From positions 216,450 to 280,449 of the forward strand of contig CAVTHI010000008.1 in assembly GCA_963734525.1 (NCBI GenBank): 64,000 bases of DNA, read 5' to 3'. Positions 51,728 through 62,238 of this stretch are shown here, in pieces. Each line of letters opens with the position of its first letter. Position 1 is the stretch's first letter. This stretch comes from an uncultured archaeon. GTDB lineage: Archaea; Micrarchaeota; Micrarchaeia; Anstonellales; Bilamarchaeaceae. A program made the translations under genes and the position numbers. The notes under the pieces were generated by a model. The model was given only the letters and a program-made list of their open reading frames with translations. It had not been told where the DNA came from and did no database searches.

Positions 51728-52429
51728 CTAGTATGCCCCTTCCCTTCCGCCCGGTCCCGGCCTCCTGCCGAAGCTCCTGCGCGGCCCGGCGCCCCTTTCG
51801 CGCCCCCTGAAACGGTCGCCTCCGCCCCCGCGGAACTCCCTTCTCGGGAAGCGCTCGCGGGGCTCTTCCGGCGGCGGGGTTTCTCCCTCTTTCAGCGGCA
51901 GTTTCCGCCTTTCCTTCCAGAAGCACTTCGGGCAGATGAAGATGCGCTCCTTCTCGCCCATCCTGCTCCTGCATTTGGGGCAGAATGCGCTAAGGACGCC
52001 GCAGTCGCCCGGGAACATGCTTATCTCGTATCCGGTCCTCTCGACCTTCTGGATTTTCGCCTTGATGATGTCGCCTATCTTGACCTCGTCGCGCAAATCC
52101 CGCACATAGCCGCTCCTTATCGCGGTCACTGGAAGGACGGCCTCGAACTCGACGCCCCTTGCGCCGCCTTCGGCCTCCTCGGCGCTGATGCAGCCGGCGA
52201 TGGCCTTGTTCGGGCTCGCCTTGATTATCACGCAGTACGCGCTCATGCCTATGACGGGCTGCTTGAGGGTGCGCCCCTTGCGCCTGACCTCGGCCTTTCC
52301 GGGAACGCTCGCGTCCTCGCCGACTCCTGCGGAGTAGACCTCATCCTTTTCCGAATACGTGTTCTCGCCCGGCTCGGCCTCTTCGGCGCTCGAGAGGTGG
52401 TCTCCAGGCAGGACTAGCTTCTTTTCCAT
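51728..52429 (-). CDS. csl4: Exosome RNA-binding subunit Csl4 with Arg/Gly-rich tail
   Basis: N-terminal domain plus S1-like fold. Zn ribbon CPKCRSRMGEKERIFICPKC. C-terminal RERFPRREFRGGGGDRFRGRERG. Confidence 0.85.
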   Translation of the reverse strand: MEKKLVLPGDHLSSAEEAEPGENTYSEKDEVYSAGVGEDASVPGKAEVRRKGRTLKQPVIGMSAYCVIIKASPNKAIAGCISAEEAEGGARGVEFEAVLPVTAIRSGYVRDLRDEVKIGDIIKAKIQKVERTGYEISMFPGDCGVLSAFCPKCRSRMGEKERIFICPKCFWKERRKLPLKEGETPPPEEPRERFPRREFRGGGGDRFRGRERGAGPRRSFGRRPGPGGREGAY

Positions 52430-52524
52430 GAAAATGCCTCTGGCATGTCAAATAGGATTTACTATTGAAAAGGAAGAGTTTTTAAAGATGAATAATGCGT
52501 TTCTCTTCTTATAGAGGGCATTTG

Positions 52525-53766
52525 ATGAAACGGCCGATTCTGGTCCTTTGCATAGACCGCGACAACGACCTGTTCGAGAAGGGGAAGGTCAGCGGGCCCC
52601 TTGTCGGGCGGGAAAGGAACCTCCAGGGGGCGATAGCCCTTTCGCTGGCAGACCCCGAGGACCCGGACTCGAACGCGGTGTTCTACGCCATCAAGATTTA
52701 CGACCAGATGCGGGCCGAGAACTACAATGTCGAGGTGGTGACGCTGACCGGCGACAAGAAGCTGGGCTACCGCGCCGACAAGGAAATCAGCTCGCAGCTC
52801 GACAAGATAATAACCGAGCTGAACCCGGCCTCGTGCGTGCTCATCTCGGACGGCGCGTCCGACGAGGAGATTCTTCCGATAATCAAGTCGCGCCTGAAGG
52901 TGGACTCGACGAAAATCGTGTTCATCAAGCAGGCCAAGGAGCTTGAAAAGACGTATTTCGTAATACTCGAGAAGCTGCGCGACCCGCATTTCGCCAAGAC
53001 GATAATCGGGATTCCGGCCCTCCTTCTCCTCCTCACCGCCATCTCCATATACCTGGGGATGGGATGGATGCCGATAGTCGCTGTCGTCGCCGTCTACGCG
53101 CTGCTGCGCGTCTACGGGGTGGAGGACTGGGCAATGGACGTCTTCCGGGACTTCCGCTTCTCGTTCGAGCGCACGAGCTGGATAGGGTACATCGGCGGCG
53201 CGACCGTGTTCATGATAGGCGTCTTCGTCGGCTACCAGACCCTGCAGAAGGGGATTGCGCTCGGCCTGCCTAACGACAAGCTGATGGCCCTCGTCGTGGG
53301 AAGCGTGAGCTGGATAGCGTTCACCGCCATATTGCTGATTCTCGTGGGCAAGATCATCGACTCGCTCATGGAGAAGAAGAAATACAGGATAACGAAGTAC
53401 ATGATGTATTCGGCCGCGCTCGCGCTCTCGACGCTCGTCATCCTCGTCGGAACCAGCTGGATAGCCAACCTGAACGAGCCGTACGTCGATTTCGGGACGT
53501 TCCTCTTCACCATCGCCTTCTCCCTCGTGCTGGGCTACATCGCGACGTATGTCGTCAACTGGTACCGCAAGGAAGTGCTCACGGAGATGAAAATCGAGGG
53601 CAAGGAGGCCATCTCAGAGCGGGGCACTTACCTCGGCAAGATAGTCGGCATCGACGCCAGGCACGGCAAGATAATCATCCAGACGATTTTCGAGAAAAGG
53701 TACTCGCTCCCGATGTCCGCGGTGAGTTCCGTCGAAGAGAACGTGGTATTGAAATCCGGGGAATGA
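52525..53766 (+). CDS. DUF373-family archaeal membrane protein
   Basis: MKRPILVLCIDRDNDLFEK… soluble N-domain followed by ~7 TM helices. ATG 52525 is preferred over 52495 (AGAGGG 7 nt upstream). Confidence 0.75.
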   Translation: MKRPILVLCIDRDNDLFEKGKVSGPLVGRERNLQGAIALSLADPEDPDSNAVFYAIKIYDQMRAENYNVEVVTLTGDKKLGYRADKEISSQLDKIITELNPASCVLISDGASDEEILPIIKSRLKVDSTKIVFIKQAKELEKTYFVILEKLRDPHFAKTIIGIPALLLLLTAISIYLGMGWMPIVAVVAVYALLRVYGVEDWAMDVFRDFRFSFERTSWIGYIGGATVFMIGVFVGYQTLQKGIALGLPNDKLMALVVGSVSWIAFTAILLILVGKIIDSLMEKKKYRITKYMMYSAALALSTLVILVGTSWIANLNEPYVDFGTFLFTIAFSLVLGYIATYVVNWYRKEVLTEMKIEGKEAISERGTYLGKIVGIDARHGKIIIQTIFEKRYSLPMSAVSSVEENVVLKSGE

Positions 53767-54176
53767 GGAAAATGGATGCTGGGAAACGGACGATGGCATG
53801 GAAAGTCGCGAGGGTGGCATCAGCGCTTTTCGCGCTGGCCGCAATCGGCGCCCTCATCATGCCCGAGGCATGGATATTCTTCACCAAAACGGCCGTCCAG
53901 GGCGATGTCTGGCCTTTCTCCGGCGCGTTCGGCTGCTACCCCGAGAAGGAGCCGTGCTGCCTCGAAGGCTACAATATGACCGCGACAACGGACAAGTGGG
54001 CCCATGCCAGCCCGCCCGTCATCTGCAGGTATTACCGCTACCCGGTGAAAGAGTATCTCATCATGCTGACGATTGTGTCGCTCGTCGTGGCCGTGGTCGC
54101 ATACGCATCCCACAAGCACGCCCCGCAGGATGAAGGGAAGCCGAAGGTCAGTCCGCCTGCGTCTTCATCTTCCTGA
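53763..54176 (+). CDS. Hypothetical membrane protein (2 TM, Cys-containing loop)
   Basis: ATGA overlap with the upstream stop. [21 protein letters not shown] and [17 protein letters not shown]. Its 3' end overlaps the convergent lonB by 29 nt. Confidence 0.5.
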   Translation: MRKMDAGKRTMAWKVARVASALFALAAIGALIMPEAWIFFTKTAVQGDVWPFSGAFGCYPEKEPCCLEGYNMTATTDKWAHASPPVICRYYRYPVKEYLIMLTIVSLVVAVVAYASHKHAPQDEGKPKVSPPASSSS

Positions 54177-56181
54177 GCAGCTCGTTTTTGGCCTTGGAGT
54201 CCTTGAGCGCGTGGGAGAGGACTTCGGATATGCTCGTGACCTTGATGATTTCTATCAGCTTCGCCCTTTCCTTGGGCAGGTAGACGTCCTGGCCGTTGGC
54301 CTGCGGGATGAGGACCTTCTTTATGCCCGAATCTATCGCGGCCTCGATTTTCCCGTTAATGCCGCCGACGGGAAGCACCCTGCCCCGCACATCGAGCGAG
54401 CCGGTCATGGCTATATCCTGCCTGACCGGAATGTCGGAGATTGCGGAAATCACGGCGACCGCGGTGGAAATCGACGCGCTGTCGCCCTCGACGCCCTCGT
54501 ATGTCTGGAGGAACTGGATGTGCAAATCGGTGCGGGCGATGGCCGTGCCGATGTATTTCTTGAATATTGCCGACACGTTGTCCACGGCCTCCTTGGCGAT
54601 GACGCCGAGCTTCCCCGTCGCAATCACCCGGCCTTCGGAACGCGACGCCGCAGGCGTGGCCTCGGCCACAATCGGGAGGACCAGCCCGGCCCGCGAGTCG
54701 CCGAGGACCGCAAGGCCGTTCACGCGGCCGACTTCGGCGCCGCTAGTCACTATGGTCTGGTATTCCCTCTTGTGCTCTATCATCTTGGCCCCGAGCTGGC
54801 TCTCGATGGACTTGAATATCTTGCCTGCTTCCAGCACTTCCTGCTTGGTCACGAGCGGGATGCCCTTCTCGCGGGCGATGTCGCCCGCCGCGCGCACCAG
54901 GCCGCCGAGCTCGCGCAGGTTCAATGTGAACCGCTTGCGCCTGCCGGACATCCTGCGCGCCTCCTCTATGATTTCGGAGACTGCATCCGCGCTGAAATGC
55001 GGGATTTTGCCGTCGCGAACGACCTCCTGGGCTATGAAGCGGACGAGGTTCTCCTCGTTTTCCGGCGTGTCCTCCATCGTGTCTTCCACGTAGACCTCGT
55101 AGCCGCCGCCCCTGATTCTGGAACGGAGCGCGGGGTGGATGTGCGCCATGTCGGGCAGGTTCCCAGCCGCGACGAGGACGAAATCGGTCGGCACGGGCTG
55201 CGTCTTCACGAGCGCGCCGGAGCTCATCTCGCTTTGCCCTGTTATCGGGTATTTCTTTTCCTGCATCGCCGTGAGTATCTCCTGCTGCCAGTTGAGCTTC
55301 ATCGACGCGACCTCGTCGATGAACAGCACGCCCTTGTTGGCCTGGTGGATGGCGCCCGCTTCGACGCGCAGGTGCGCCGGGGTTCCCAGCCCGCCCGATT
55401 GAAGCGGGTCGTGCTTGATGTCGCCGAGCAACGAGCCTGCGCGCGAGCCCGTCGCGTCTATGAACGGGGCGGCCGTGCGCTCGGTGTTGTCCACGATGAG
55501 CTTCGGGGTCGACTGCTCGGTTATCATCAGGCGCTTCCCGAGGCCGGCGGTCGCGTTGGATATGATGAACAGGAGGCCGAGGCCGAGCACGGTCACGACC
55601 GCGAGCATCTTGACATTCTCCGGGATTTCCGTGGCGAGGACCACCGCGAGTATCACGATGCCCGCAAGGGCGATGATGATTGTGGACGAGGGGCCCTTTG
55701 AGGCCGCCTCTTCGCGGGGCTTCTGGTATTGCGATATGCGCCTTCCGAGGCCCGCGGCAAGCTGCTTGCGCAACGCCGCCGCTGCAGTGGCATGCAGGAT
55801 TGGCTTGTCGGCCTTTTCGGGTTCCTTTGCGGCAGCCGGGCCTTTCCTGATGCGCTCGAGTTCCTTGGGGGAAAAGAAACGCTCCAGCTTGTTCTTCCGG
55901 ATGTATTCGAAGTCCGGGCGGGTCTTCAGTATCCGGACCATCGGCTGGTTCTCGTTGTTCGGGTTGGGATAGACGAGGACGTCCTCGAGCTCCGCGCCCT
56001 CCATGAGCTCGGCCATCGCCTGGGCCATCATGCTTTTCCCGGTTCCGGGGGGGCCGATGAGCAGGACGTTGCGCTTCTGCCTCGCCGCCTTCTTGATGAT
56101 GTCGACGGCCTTCTCCTGCCCGATTATCTGGTCAATCATCCGCTCCGGGACCTTGACCTCTGACGTGGATTTGATTTTCAT
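54148..56181 (-). CDS. lonB: Archaeal membrane-bound Lon protease (LonB)
   Basis: GPPGTGKS Walker A. TM hairpin inserted in the AAA module ([18 protein letters not shown] / [19 protein letters not shown]). Protease serine in EGDSASIS. Confidence 0.95.
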   Translation of the reverse strand: MKIKSTSEVKVPERMIDQIIGQEKAVDIIKKAARQKRNVLLIGPPGTGKSMMAQAMAELMEGAELEDVLVYPNPNNENQPMVRILKTRPDFEYIRKNKLERFFSPKELERIRKGPAAAKEPEKADKPILHATAAAALRKQLAAGLGRRISQYQKPREEAASKGPSSTIIIALAGIVILAVVLATEIPENVKMLAVVTVLGLGLLFIISNATAGLGKRLMITEQSTPKLIVDNTERTAAPFIDATGSRAGSLLGDIKHDPLQSGGLGTPAHLRVEAGAIHQANKGVLFIDEVASMKLNWQQEILTAMQEKKYPITGQSEMSSGALVKTQPVPTDFVLVAAGNLPDMAHIHPALRSRIRGGGYEVYVEDTMEDTPENEENLVRFIAQEVVRDGKIPHFSADAVSEIIEEARRMSGRRKRFTLNLRELGGLVRAAGDIAREKGIPLVTKQEVLEAGKIFKSIESQLGAKMIEHKREYQTIVTSGAEVGRVNGLAVLGDSRAGLVLPIVAEATPAASRSEGRVIATGKLGVIAKEAVDNVSAIFKKYIGTAIARTDLHIQFLQTYEGVEGDSASISTAVAVISAISDIPVRQDIAMTGSLDVRGRVLPVGGINGKIEAAIDSGIKKVLIPQANGQDVYLPKERAKLIEIIKVTSISEVLSHALKDSKAKNELLRKMKTQAD

Positions 56182-56262
56182 CGCAGAATCACTCTAGGGA
56201 TATTGGGCGCGCTGGGGATATAAATTCCTTTCTGAGCCCCGCATCCCGCAGGACGAAAAGGT

Positions 56263-57489
56263 TCATGATACTACGCGGACGCCGGAAAACGCCATCCGGG
56301 GGGCAATCAGCGAGCCGAACGTCTGCTGGGCCCTCTCCGCCCCTTCCACGGACGAGAGCATGTCGAACACGTTGCCGCTGAGCATGAAGCCCTTTATCGG
56401 CTTCTTCTCGCCCTTGTCAACGAGATAGCCCGCGCTCACCTCGAGCCCGATGTCCCCGGTGGTCGGGTTGGCGGTGTGCGAGCCGTGGGCCGAGCGGATT
56501 TCCAGGTGCCTGCCTATTTGCGCCGATGTCGTCCCAGTCCCCGGGGGCGACCACGATGTTCGACGCGCCGATTCCGGGCGGCGAGTCGTACGAGCCCCGC
56601 GCGCAGGAGCCTGATTCCCGCACGTTACGCGAGGGCGGCGGTCTCGCGGTCGTAGAGGAATGATTTCACCTCGCCGTTTTCGATGAGCGCGCGCCGCACG
56701 GACGGCGTCCCTTCGTCGTCGAACGGCCTTGCGTTGACCCCCGGTGCGAGGGCGTCGTCGAAGATGCTGAGCTTTTCCGAGAAGCGGCGGCCTTTTCCCC
56801 GCGAGCAGCGTGATTCCGCGCCTCTTCCAGTCCCCGGAAAGGGACGGAAGCAGCGTGTCGATCAGGTTCTCCAGCGCCTCGGGTCCCATGACAATCGTGT
56901 ATGTCCCGCTTTCAGGCTTGCCGGCCTTGCGCATGGAGGATGCCATCTCGGCCGCGTAGCGCCCGAATTGCGCCACGTCCTTCGGGACATGGTGCATCGA
57001 TGCGTAGTGGAAGCCGAAGCCGTCGTCGTGCATGCATTCGACGTACATGGAGAAGACCGTCTTGGCATACGAGCCCGAGAAGCCCTCGCTGTTTTCCAGA
57101 TGCATGTCCGCGCGTTCGAACGAGCTGATTATCCGGGGCTTGCCCCCTTGCGATGATGCCGCGTCCCTCGCGGATTCGACCAGCCCGCGCAGGGGTCCTG
57201 CATCATCCGTGCTTGCCGAGGAATCGAGGATTTCCATCACCCGATAATCCGCCTTCGGGGCGAAACTGAAGCCGCTCCGGACCGAAAAGCGCGAGAGGGA
57301 TTTGGCCCGCTCCAGGGCGCTTGGGATTTCGGATTCGTGCTGGCAGTGCCCGAAGCCGATGCGCCCGTCTTCGAGCACGCGCACGGCGAATCCGGTTGAG
57401 GAATCCGACTCCTTCGTCTTCAGCTCGCCGCCGCTGTATGACAGCCGGATGGCGCTGGAGTCGAAGCGGAATATCTCGTTAGCGGACAT
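56263..57489 (-). pseudogene. TldD/PmbA-family metalloprotease gene with three internal frameshifts (pseudogene or assembly indels)
   Basis: The long ORF is family-like at both ends, but residues ~230-345 are Arg-rich nonsense. Genuine sequence sits in the other two frames (GEKLFSEKLSIFDDALAPGVNARPFDDEGTPSVRRALIENGEVKSFLYDRETAALA, then NVRESGSCARGSYDSPPGIGASNIVVAPGDWDDIGA). Shifts lie near 56793-56800 (T4C4), ~56628 and ~56518. Confidence 0.8.
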
Positions 57490-57524
57490 AAGGGGTTTTA
57501 ATCTTCGCTGGGCATTTTAAACAC

Positions 57525-58061
57525 ATGAGGACATTCGTCGCCGTCCCGGTCCCGGAGGACATCCGGTTCAGGGTGGCGGAGCTCGGGAAGGAGATTGCCG
57601 GGGAGGGAATCATCCCCGTGAAGCCGCAGAACATGCACCTCACCCTCAGGTTCATCGGGGAAACGCCGGACGGGGAACTTGAATCGATTAAAAAGATCCT
57701 CGGTGCCGTGCGGTTCAGCCCTTTTTCCTGCGCCATGCGGGGCGTGGGCGTCTTCCCCAGCGAAAGTTTCGTCCGCGTCGTATGGGCAGGTTGCGATAGC
57801 GGCGGGGCCCTTGAAAAACTCGCAGATGGTGTCATCGGCTCGCTGCGGGGCTACGGCGGGGATGAAAAGTTCTCCGCGCACCTGACAATCGCCCGGGTGA
57901 AAAGGAAGTTGGACGTGCGCCCGTTCCTGCAAAGGCACGCTGGCGAGGAATTCGGCACGTTCGAAGCGAAGGAATTCCGCCTGGTGAGGAGCGACCTCGG
58001 TCCCGGCGGGCCGGAATACTCCACGCTCGCGGAATTCGGGGCGGATGCTTCGGATGCTTGA
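57525..58061 (+). CDS. thpR: RNA 2',3'-cyclic phosphodiesterase / 2'-5' RNA ligase (2H family, LigT/ThpR)
   Basis: Two HxT/S motifs: NMHLTLRFIG and SAHLTIARVK. Confidence 0.9.
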   Translation: MRTFVAVPVPEDIRFRVAELGKEIAGEGIIPVKPQNMHLTLRFIGETPDGELESIKKILGAVRFSPFSCAMRGVGVFPSESFVRVVWAGCDSGGALEKLADGVIGSLRGYGGDEKFSAHLTIARVKRKLDVRPFLQRHAGEEFGTFEAKEFRLVRSDLGPGGPEYSTLAEFGADASDA

Positions 58062-58896
58062 ATTCCTTCCGGCTATCGGCTCGCTTCTCGCGTACGGCTC
58101 GGTGGGCACGGCCTCCAAGTCCGCGATAAGCAATATCGGCAGGCACAGGGCGGTCGCGTATTCATACGTCGTGCTGGTATGCCTGCTCGCAATCGGCGCA
58201 ATCATCATCGGCTCGGCCTTCTCATTCCCGCAGGAGCTCCTTCCCGCGTTCGCTCTCCAGATTTCGATAGGAGCGCTCGGCTCGATTTCCGAGTACAAGG
58301 CCCTCCACCACGGCAAGGCGAGCGTGATAGTCCCGGTAGGCAGGATAAGCAGCGTCCTCGTCCTCGCGGCGAGCATCGCGTTCCTTTCCGAAACGCCGGG
58401 CGTCTTCCAAATCACCGGCGCGCTTATTATCGTCTGCGCCGCGCTCATCGTGGCCAGGGACGAGGGCGGGAAGGCCCGCATGGAGCCGTGGATGCCATAC
58501 CTCGCGCTTTCCATCCTCTGCCGGGCATATTATTACACGTCAATCAAGAATTTCGTCTCCGCCCTCGGGCCGTTCCAGGCCAGCCTTTTCCTCGAATGCG
58601 GGATTGCGGCATTCATCATCTCCTTCCACCTTCTCCGGGGCAAGGACCTCTCGTTGCCGAAGCCCGCGGGCCTCGCCGCGCCCGCGATTGCGGCCGGTTA
58701 CCTGCTGTTTTTCGGTTCGCTGCTTTACAGCCTTTCCGTCGGGAGCATAGGCGCGGGGATGACGTCGGCGATATACGCCGGCACGCCGATAGTGAACACG
58801 GCGCTCGCCTATTTCGTGCTTGGCGAGAAGCTGGATAAGATGAAATACGCGGCTATAGCCCTGATGGTGCTAGGGCTGATGATGATATTCGTTTGA
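58045..58896 (+). CDS. EamA/DMT-family transporter (intact paralog of 11065-11904)
   Basis: 10-TM pattern. C-terminus GEKLDKMKYAAIALMVLGLMMIFV is nearly identical to that of the paralog. Confidence 0.8.
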   Translation: MLRMLEFLPAIGSLLAYGSVGTASKSAISNIGRHRAVAYSYVVLVCLLAIGAIIIGSAFSFPQELLPAFALQISIGALGSISEYKALHHGKASVIVPVGRISSVLVLAASIAFLSETPGVFQITGALIIVCAALIVARDEGGKARMEPWMPYLALSILCRAYYYTSIKNFVSALGPFQASLFLECGIAAFIISFHLLRGKDLSLPKPAGLAAPAIAAGYLLFFGSLLYSLSVGSIGAGMTSAIYAGTPIVNTALAYFVLGEKLDKMKYAAIALMVLGLMMIFV

Positions 58897-58995
58897 TGCG
58901 CGGAAAAAGCAGGGGGGAAAGAAAAATAAAACGGAAAATCAGGGAAAATAGATTGCGGAGGCATGGAAAAAAGATGCCCCGCTTTTTCGGACGCC

Positions 58996-60037
58996 TCATT
59001 TCTTAGCCGCGCGCCCCCTCCAGATGAATATCGCCACTGCCAGCAGCAGGAGGAGCAGGATGCCGAACATGATGGGCATCATATCCGTGCTTGCGGCCGT
59101 CGGCGACCCGGTTTCGTCGCTGGCTCTCGGCATGGAATTGATTTCGATTATCCTTACTGCGCGGCCGTCCTTGAGAAGGGCGACCAGGTATTTGCCCTGC
59201 TGGCTGAGCGGAAGGCTGAAACTGCCGTTCGCATCGGTGAGGCCGGAGGAGTTCTTGCCCGCCGGGTCGGTGATGACAAAATCGCAGTTCGCGCAGGGCA
59301 GGCCGTTCTCGGTGGCGCCGCACACCTCGGTCGTCCCGACCACCCCTGAAGGCGGGCATGCGACCTCGCTGAGGATGCACTTGTTCCCGATGCATTCGTA
59401 GCCTTCCTGGCAGAGGGGGCAGCCCTCGGTGCCGCACTCATAAGCAATGAACGTATGGTTCGCAACGATGCCGCAGCCCCCGCCCACGTCTTGGCAGGAA
59501 TGGCCCGCGCATGCCTGAGTCAGCGGGCACGCCGAATCGTCGCAGCAGGCGTATTCCACGCATGTGTGGTTCTCGACGGCGCCGCACTGGCAACCCACCG
59601 CCGAGCATTCCCCTTGCACGCACGCCTGCTCGGCAGGGCATTGCGTATTGTCGAGGCAGCCGGGCTGGGGAACGCATTGCCCGCACCCGATGAGTTCGAG
59701 GGTGACCGTCTCTGCAGTGAAGTCCGGGCTGGTAACCTTGACGTCCACCTTCTTGCCGCATCCTTCGAAAACGAACAGGCCGGCGGCATCCGTATCGCCC
59801 GTGGCGACGCTGTTGGCCGAGGGCACTTCCTTGACCGACACGTGCGCATCGGTAAGGTTCTCACCCTTTCCGGTGACATGCACCATGTTGCCGGCGCAAG
59901 TGGAGTTTACCGAGACCGTCATGCTGTCTGTCGGGTCGTTGTCGTCCGGCGGGTAGTAGTTGAACGAAAAACATCAATCCCGCCAAAATCAGGACAAGAA
60001 AAAGCGGCATCAGTTTCATTGGTTTTCTGGGTTTCAT
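58996..60037 (-). CDS. Secreted Cys-rich surface protein with C-terminal TM anchor; signal peptide reached through a frameshift at an A5/T5 run
   Basis: Track ORF 58996-59922 is very Cys-rich in its centre (CGQCVPQPGCLDNTQCPAEQACVQGECSAVGCQCG…). Two beta-sandwich-like stretches (VDVKVTSPDFTAETVTLEL; NGSFSLPLSQQGKYLVALL). Anchor IMFGILLLLLLAVAIFIW. Upstream MKPRKPMKLMPLFLVLILAGLMFF joins FNYYPPDDNDPTDSMTVSV if one base is corrected at 59967-59971. Confidence 0.7.
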
Positions 60038-60196
60038 GGCTGTAAAAACATCAAAAGAGTATTTAACACATTCTGAAACCTGAAGCCACGGGCGCTGGCG
60101 ATGGGCGGGATTTGGGGGGTGGGGGGAAGACAATGAGGAACCGGAAAATAATCTGCGAACGGGAAAAAGATGAAAGATAGAAAAAAAAAGGGAGAT

Positions 60197-61117
60197 TCAG
60201 CCCGCAAGCGCGTCAAGGGCGAGCTTGAGTTTCGCGTACTCCGGGCTCGCGACGATGAGGTAGGTCTTGCTGTCCGAAGACAGGCCCCAGGCATAGCTCG
60301 AACCGCTCGCGGCCGCAGAGACCTTCGCTTTGCTCACCTTGGAGGCATCCACGAGGATGTAGAAGGTCGGGGTTCCGGCCCTGCCGGTGTTCGCGCCCGA
60401 GACGGCCTGCCAGTCGGCGGTCATATCGTCGACGGTGCTGACATACGTGTCGCCATCGACGCACGTGCCGAATGCCGCCTGGTCGAGGCCAGAGATGTTC
60501 TGGGCCAGGAGCTTCAAGTTGGCCTTCGAGTACTTCCCGTCGTTCTCCTCAGCCGTCTGCGCCATGAAGATGGCATTGTGCATCTCCCAGTATTTGCCCT
60601 GGGCGTTCGCGCACATCGCCGCGTTCGAGGCGTCCACAGACTCCTGTCCCAGGAATGCGACCGGGTAGTGCCTGAACGAGGCTTTCCCTGCCTGGACGTA
60701 TTCGGTTTCAACCTTCTTCACCGTCCCGATAATCGGGCCGTACTGTGAAGCGTATGCGTCCGCCCACGGGGAGCCGTATGCCATCCCGCAGAACGGGCAC
60801 TGGAAGTCCGAGAACTCGACGACCGTCACGGCGCCGGTGCCGGACCCCATCAGGGGCGCGGTGGAAAGCAGCGACGGAACCTGCATGACCGTCACGGCGT
60901 TGCCGCCGCTTGCGTTGCCGGTCGTGTTGCCGGTCTGCCCGCCGGTCGTTCCCCCGGTGCAGTTGTTGCACGGGGCGCAGACGGTCTGCTGGCATTTTAC
61001 AACGCCGAAACCCTGCGTCATCACGGAAATGACGAGCAATACCGCCATTCCCGTTATCAGTATGCCGTAAATCAGGTCCTTGCTTAATGTGACCGAGTTA
61101 CCTTCATTCTCTGCCAA
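60197..61117 (-). CDS. Membrane-anchored DsbA-like thiol:disulfide oxidoreductase
   Basis: N-terminal TM, Gly/Thr-rich linker, thioredoxin-fold motif VVEFSDFQCPFCG. Confidence 0.8.
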   Translation of the reverse strand: MAENEGNSVTLSKDLIYGILITGMAVLLVISVMTQGFGVVKCQQTVCAPCNNCTGGTTGGQTGNTTGNASGGNAVTVMQVPSLLSTAPLMGSGTGAVTVVEFSDFQCPFCGMAYGSPWADAYASQYGPIIGTVKKVETEYVQAGKASFRHYPVAFLGQESVDASNAAMCANAQGKYWEMHNAIFMAQTAEENDGKYSKANLKLLAQNISGLDQAAFGTCVDGDTYVSTVDDMTADWQAVSGANTGRAGTPTFYILVDASKVSKAKVSAAASGSSYAWGLSSDSKTYLIVASPEYAKLKLALDALAG

Positions 61118-61220
61118 TCAATCACCTCTCTGGCTAGTAAGGAAATTCTTTCAGTTGTCTCCGTCCGTATATTTAATTGTTTTGAAATGTTCCGGGTCCC
61201 CCCAGCGAAAGATAAAAAAT

Positions 61221-61946
61221 ATGCGCAGTATAAAGGTTCCTGCTGGTTTTATGACAACTCTCGATCGCGCCATAATCGCCTCATATGAGAAGGACGGCAA
61301 GAGGTTCGAGCTTTACGTCGACCCCGACGCGGCATACGCATACGTGGAGAAGCGGAAGCCGGACGTCAAGAACATCCTCGTCGCAGAGGAGATATACGAG
61401 GACGCGAAAAAAGGGGAGAAGGCCAAGGCCGCCGACGTCCAGAAGGTCTTCCACACCACCGACATCATGGCCATACTCGAGTTCATCCTCAGGAACGGGG
61501 AGGTCCAGCTGACGACCGAGCAGAGGAGGAAGAAGGTCGAGGAGAAGCGGAAGCAGATTCTCGCGATACTGCTGCGGGAGGCCATCGACCCCCGGACCAA
61601 GGCGCCGCACACCCAGATAAGGCTCGAGCAGGCGATGGAGCAGGCGAAGTACCATGTCGACCCGTTCAAGGACCCGCGCGAGCAGCTGGAAGAGGTCGTG
61701 AAAGCGCTCCGCCCCATAATCCCGATGAAGTTCGAGAAGGTGAGGATTGCGGTCAAGGTGCCAGCCGCCTATGCGCACAAATGCTACGGCACGCTCAAGA
61801 ATTACGGGATAGAGAAGGAGCAGTGGCTCGGCAGCGGGGACCTGGTCGTCGTGGTCGAGATTTTCGGCGGGCTCCAGGGCGAATTCTACGACAAGCTGAA
61901 CAAGCTGACGGCAGGCCAGATAGAAACCAAGGTCCTCTCGTCATAG
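61221..61946 (+). CDS. sdo1: SBDS/SDO1-family ribosome maturation protein
   Basis: …LDRAIIASYEKDGKRFELYVDPDAAYAY…EIYEDAKKGEKA… The start is ATG 61221 or 61251. The track start 61080 is an unlikely extension. Confidence 0.9.
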   Translation: MRSIKVPAGFMTTLDRAIIASYEKDGKRFELYVDPDAAYAYVEKRKPDVKNILVAEEIYEDAKKGEKAKAADVQKVFHTTDIMAILEFILRNGEVQLTTEQRRKKVEEKRKQILAILLREAIDPRTKAPHTQIRLEQAMEQAKYHVDPFKDPREQLEEVVKALRPIIPMKFEKVRIAVKVPAAYAHKCYGTLKNYGIEKEQWLGSGDLVVVVEIFGGLQGEFYDKLNKLTAGQIETKVLSS

Positions 61947-61976
61947 CCCAAACCAGCCCAAACCTGCGCCGGTGCG

Positions 61977-62237
61977 TCAGTCGAAGATTGCATCCACGCC
62001 GGTAGCTTTCAGGACGCCCAGCCGTGACAGCATCCGGTCGTCGGCCTCCAGAAGGGCGTAAAGGCCGGGTGACTTTTTCCGCATCGAGGAGAAGAACCGG
62101 TTCTTCTCCAGCAATGCCTTCTTGGCATCCGGCTTGGCACCGCTTTCGATGCGGGATATCCAATAATCGATGCGCCGCCTCGCGTCGCGGTATCCTTCCG
62201 ACTTGATGATGAGCCTGATGCCTGCAACGGTGTCCAT
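61977..62237 (-). CDS. Small hypothetical protein (86 aa) immediately downstream of the HExxH protein
   Basis: MDTVAGIRLIIKSEGYRDARRRIDYWISRIESGAKPDAKKALLEKNRFF… ATG 62237 lies 1 nt after the upstream stop. The track start at 62408 adds an Arg-rich extension. Confidence 0.5.
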   Translation of the reverse strand: MDTVAGIRLIIKSEGYRDARRRIDYWISRIESGAKPDAKKALLEKNRFFSSMRKKSPGLYALLEADDRMLSRLGVLKATGVDAIFD

Positions 62238-62238
62238 G

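Noticed and set aside
54073-55701. 542-aa plus-strand ORF antisense to lonB. Similar cases: 51332-52417 (antisense to csl4/rpo11), 992-1867 (antisense to rnz), 14196-15347 (antisense to the DHH gene), 57498-58514, 49011-49922, 12191-13282 and 12535-13320 (alternative frame or antisense within proS)
   Set aside because: Each overlaps a confidently identified conserved gene, has Arg/Leu/Pro-biased composition and shows no family motifs.
61080-61220. 47-codon N-terminal extension of the SBDS gene in the track
   Set aside because: The extension crosses an AT-rich promoter-like region and is not SBDS-like. Conserved sequence begins after ATG 61221/61251.
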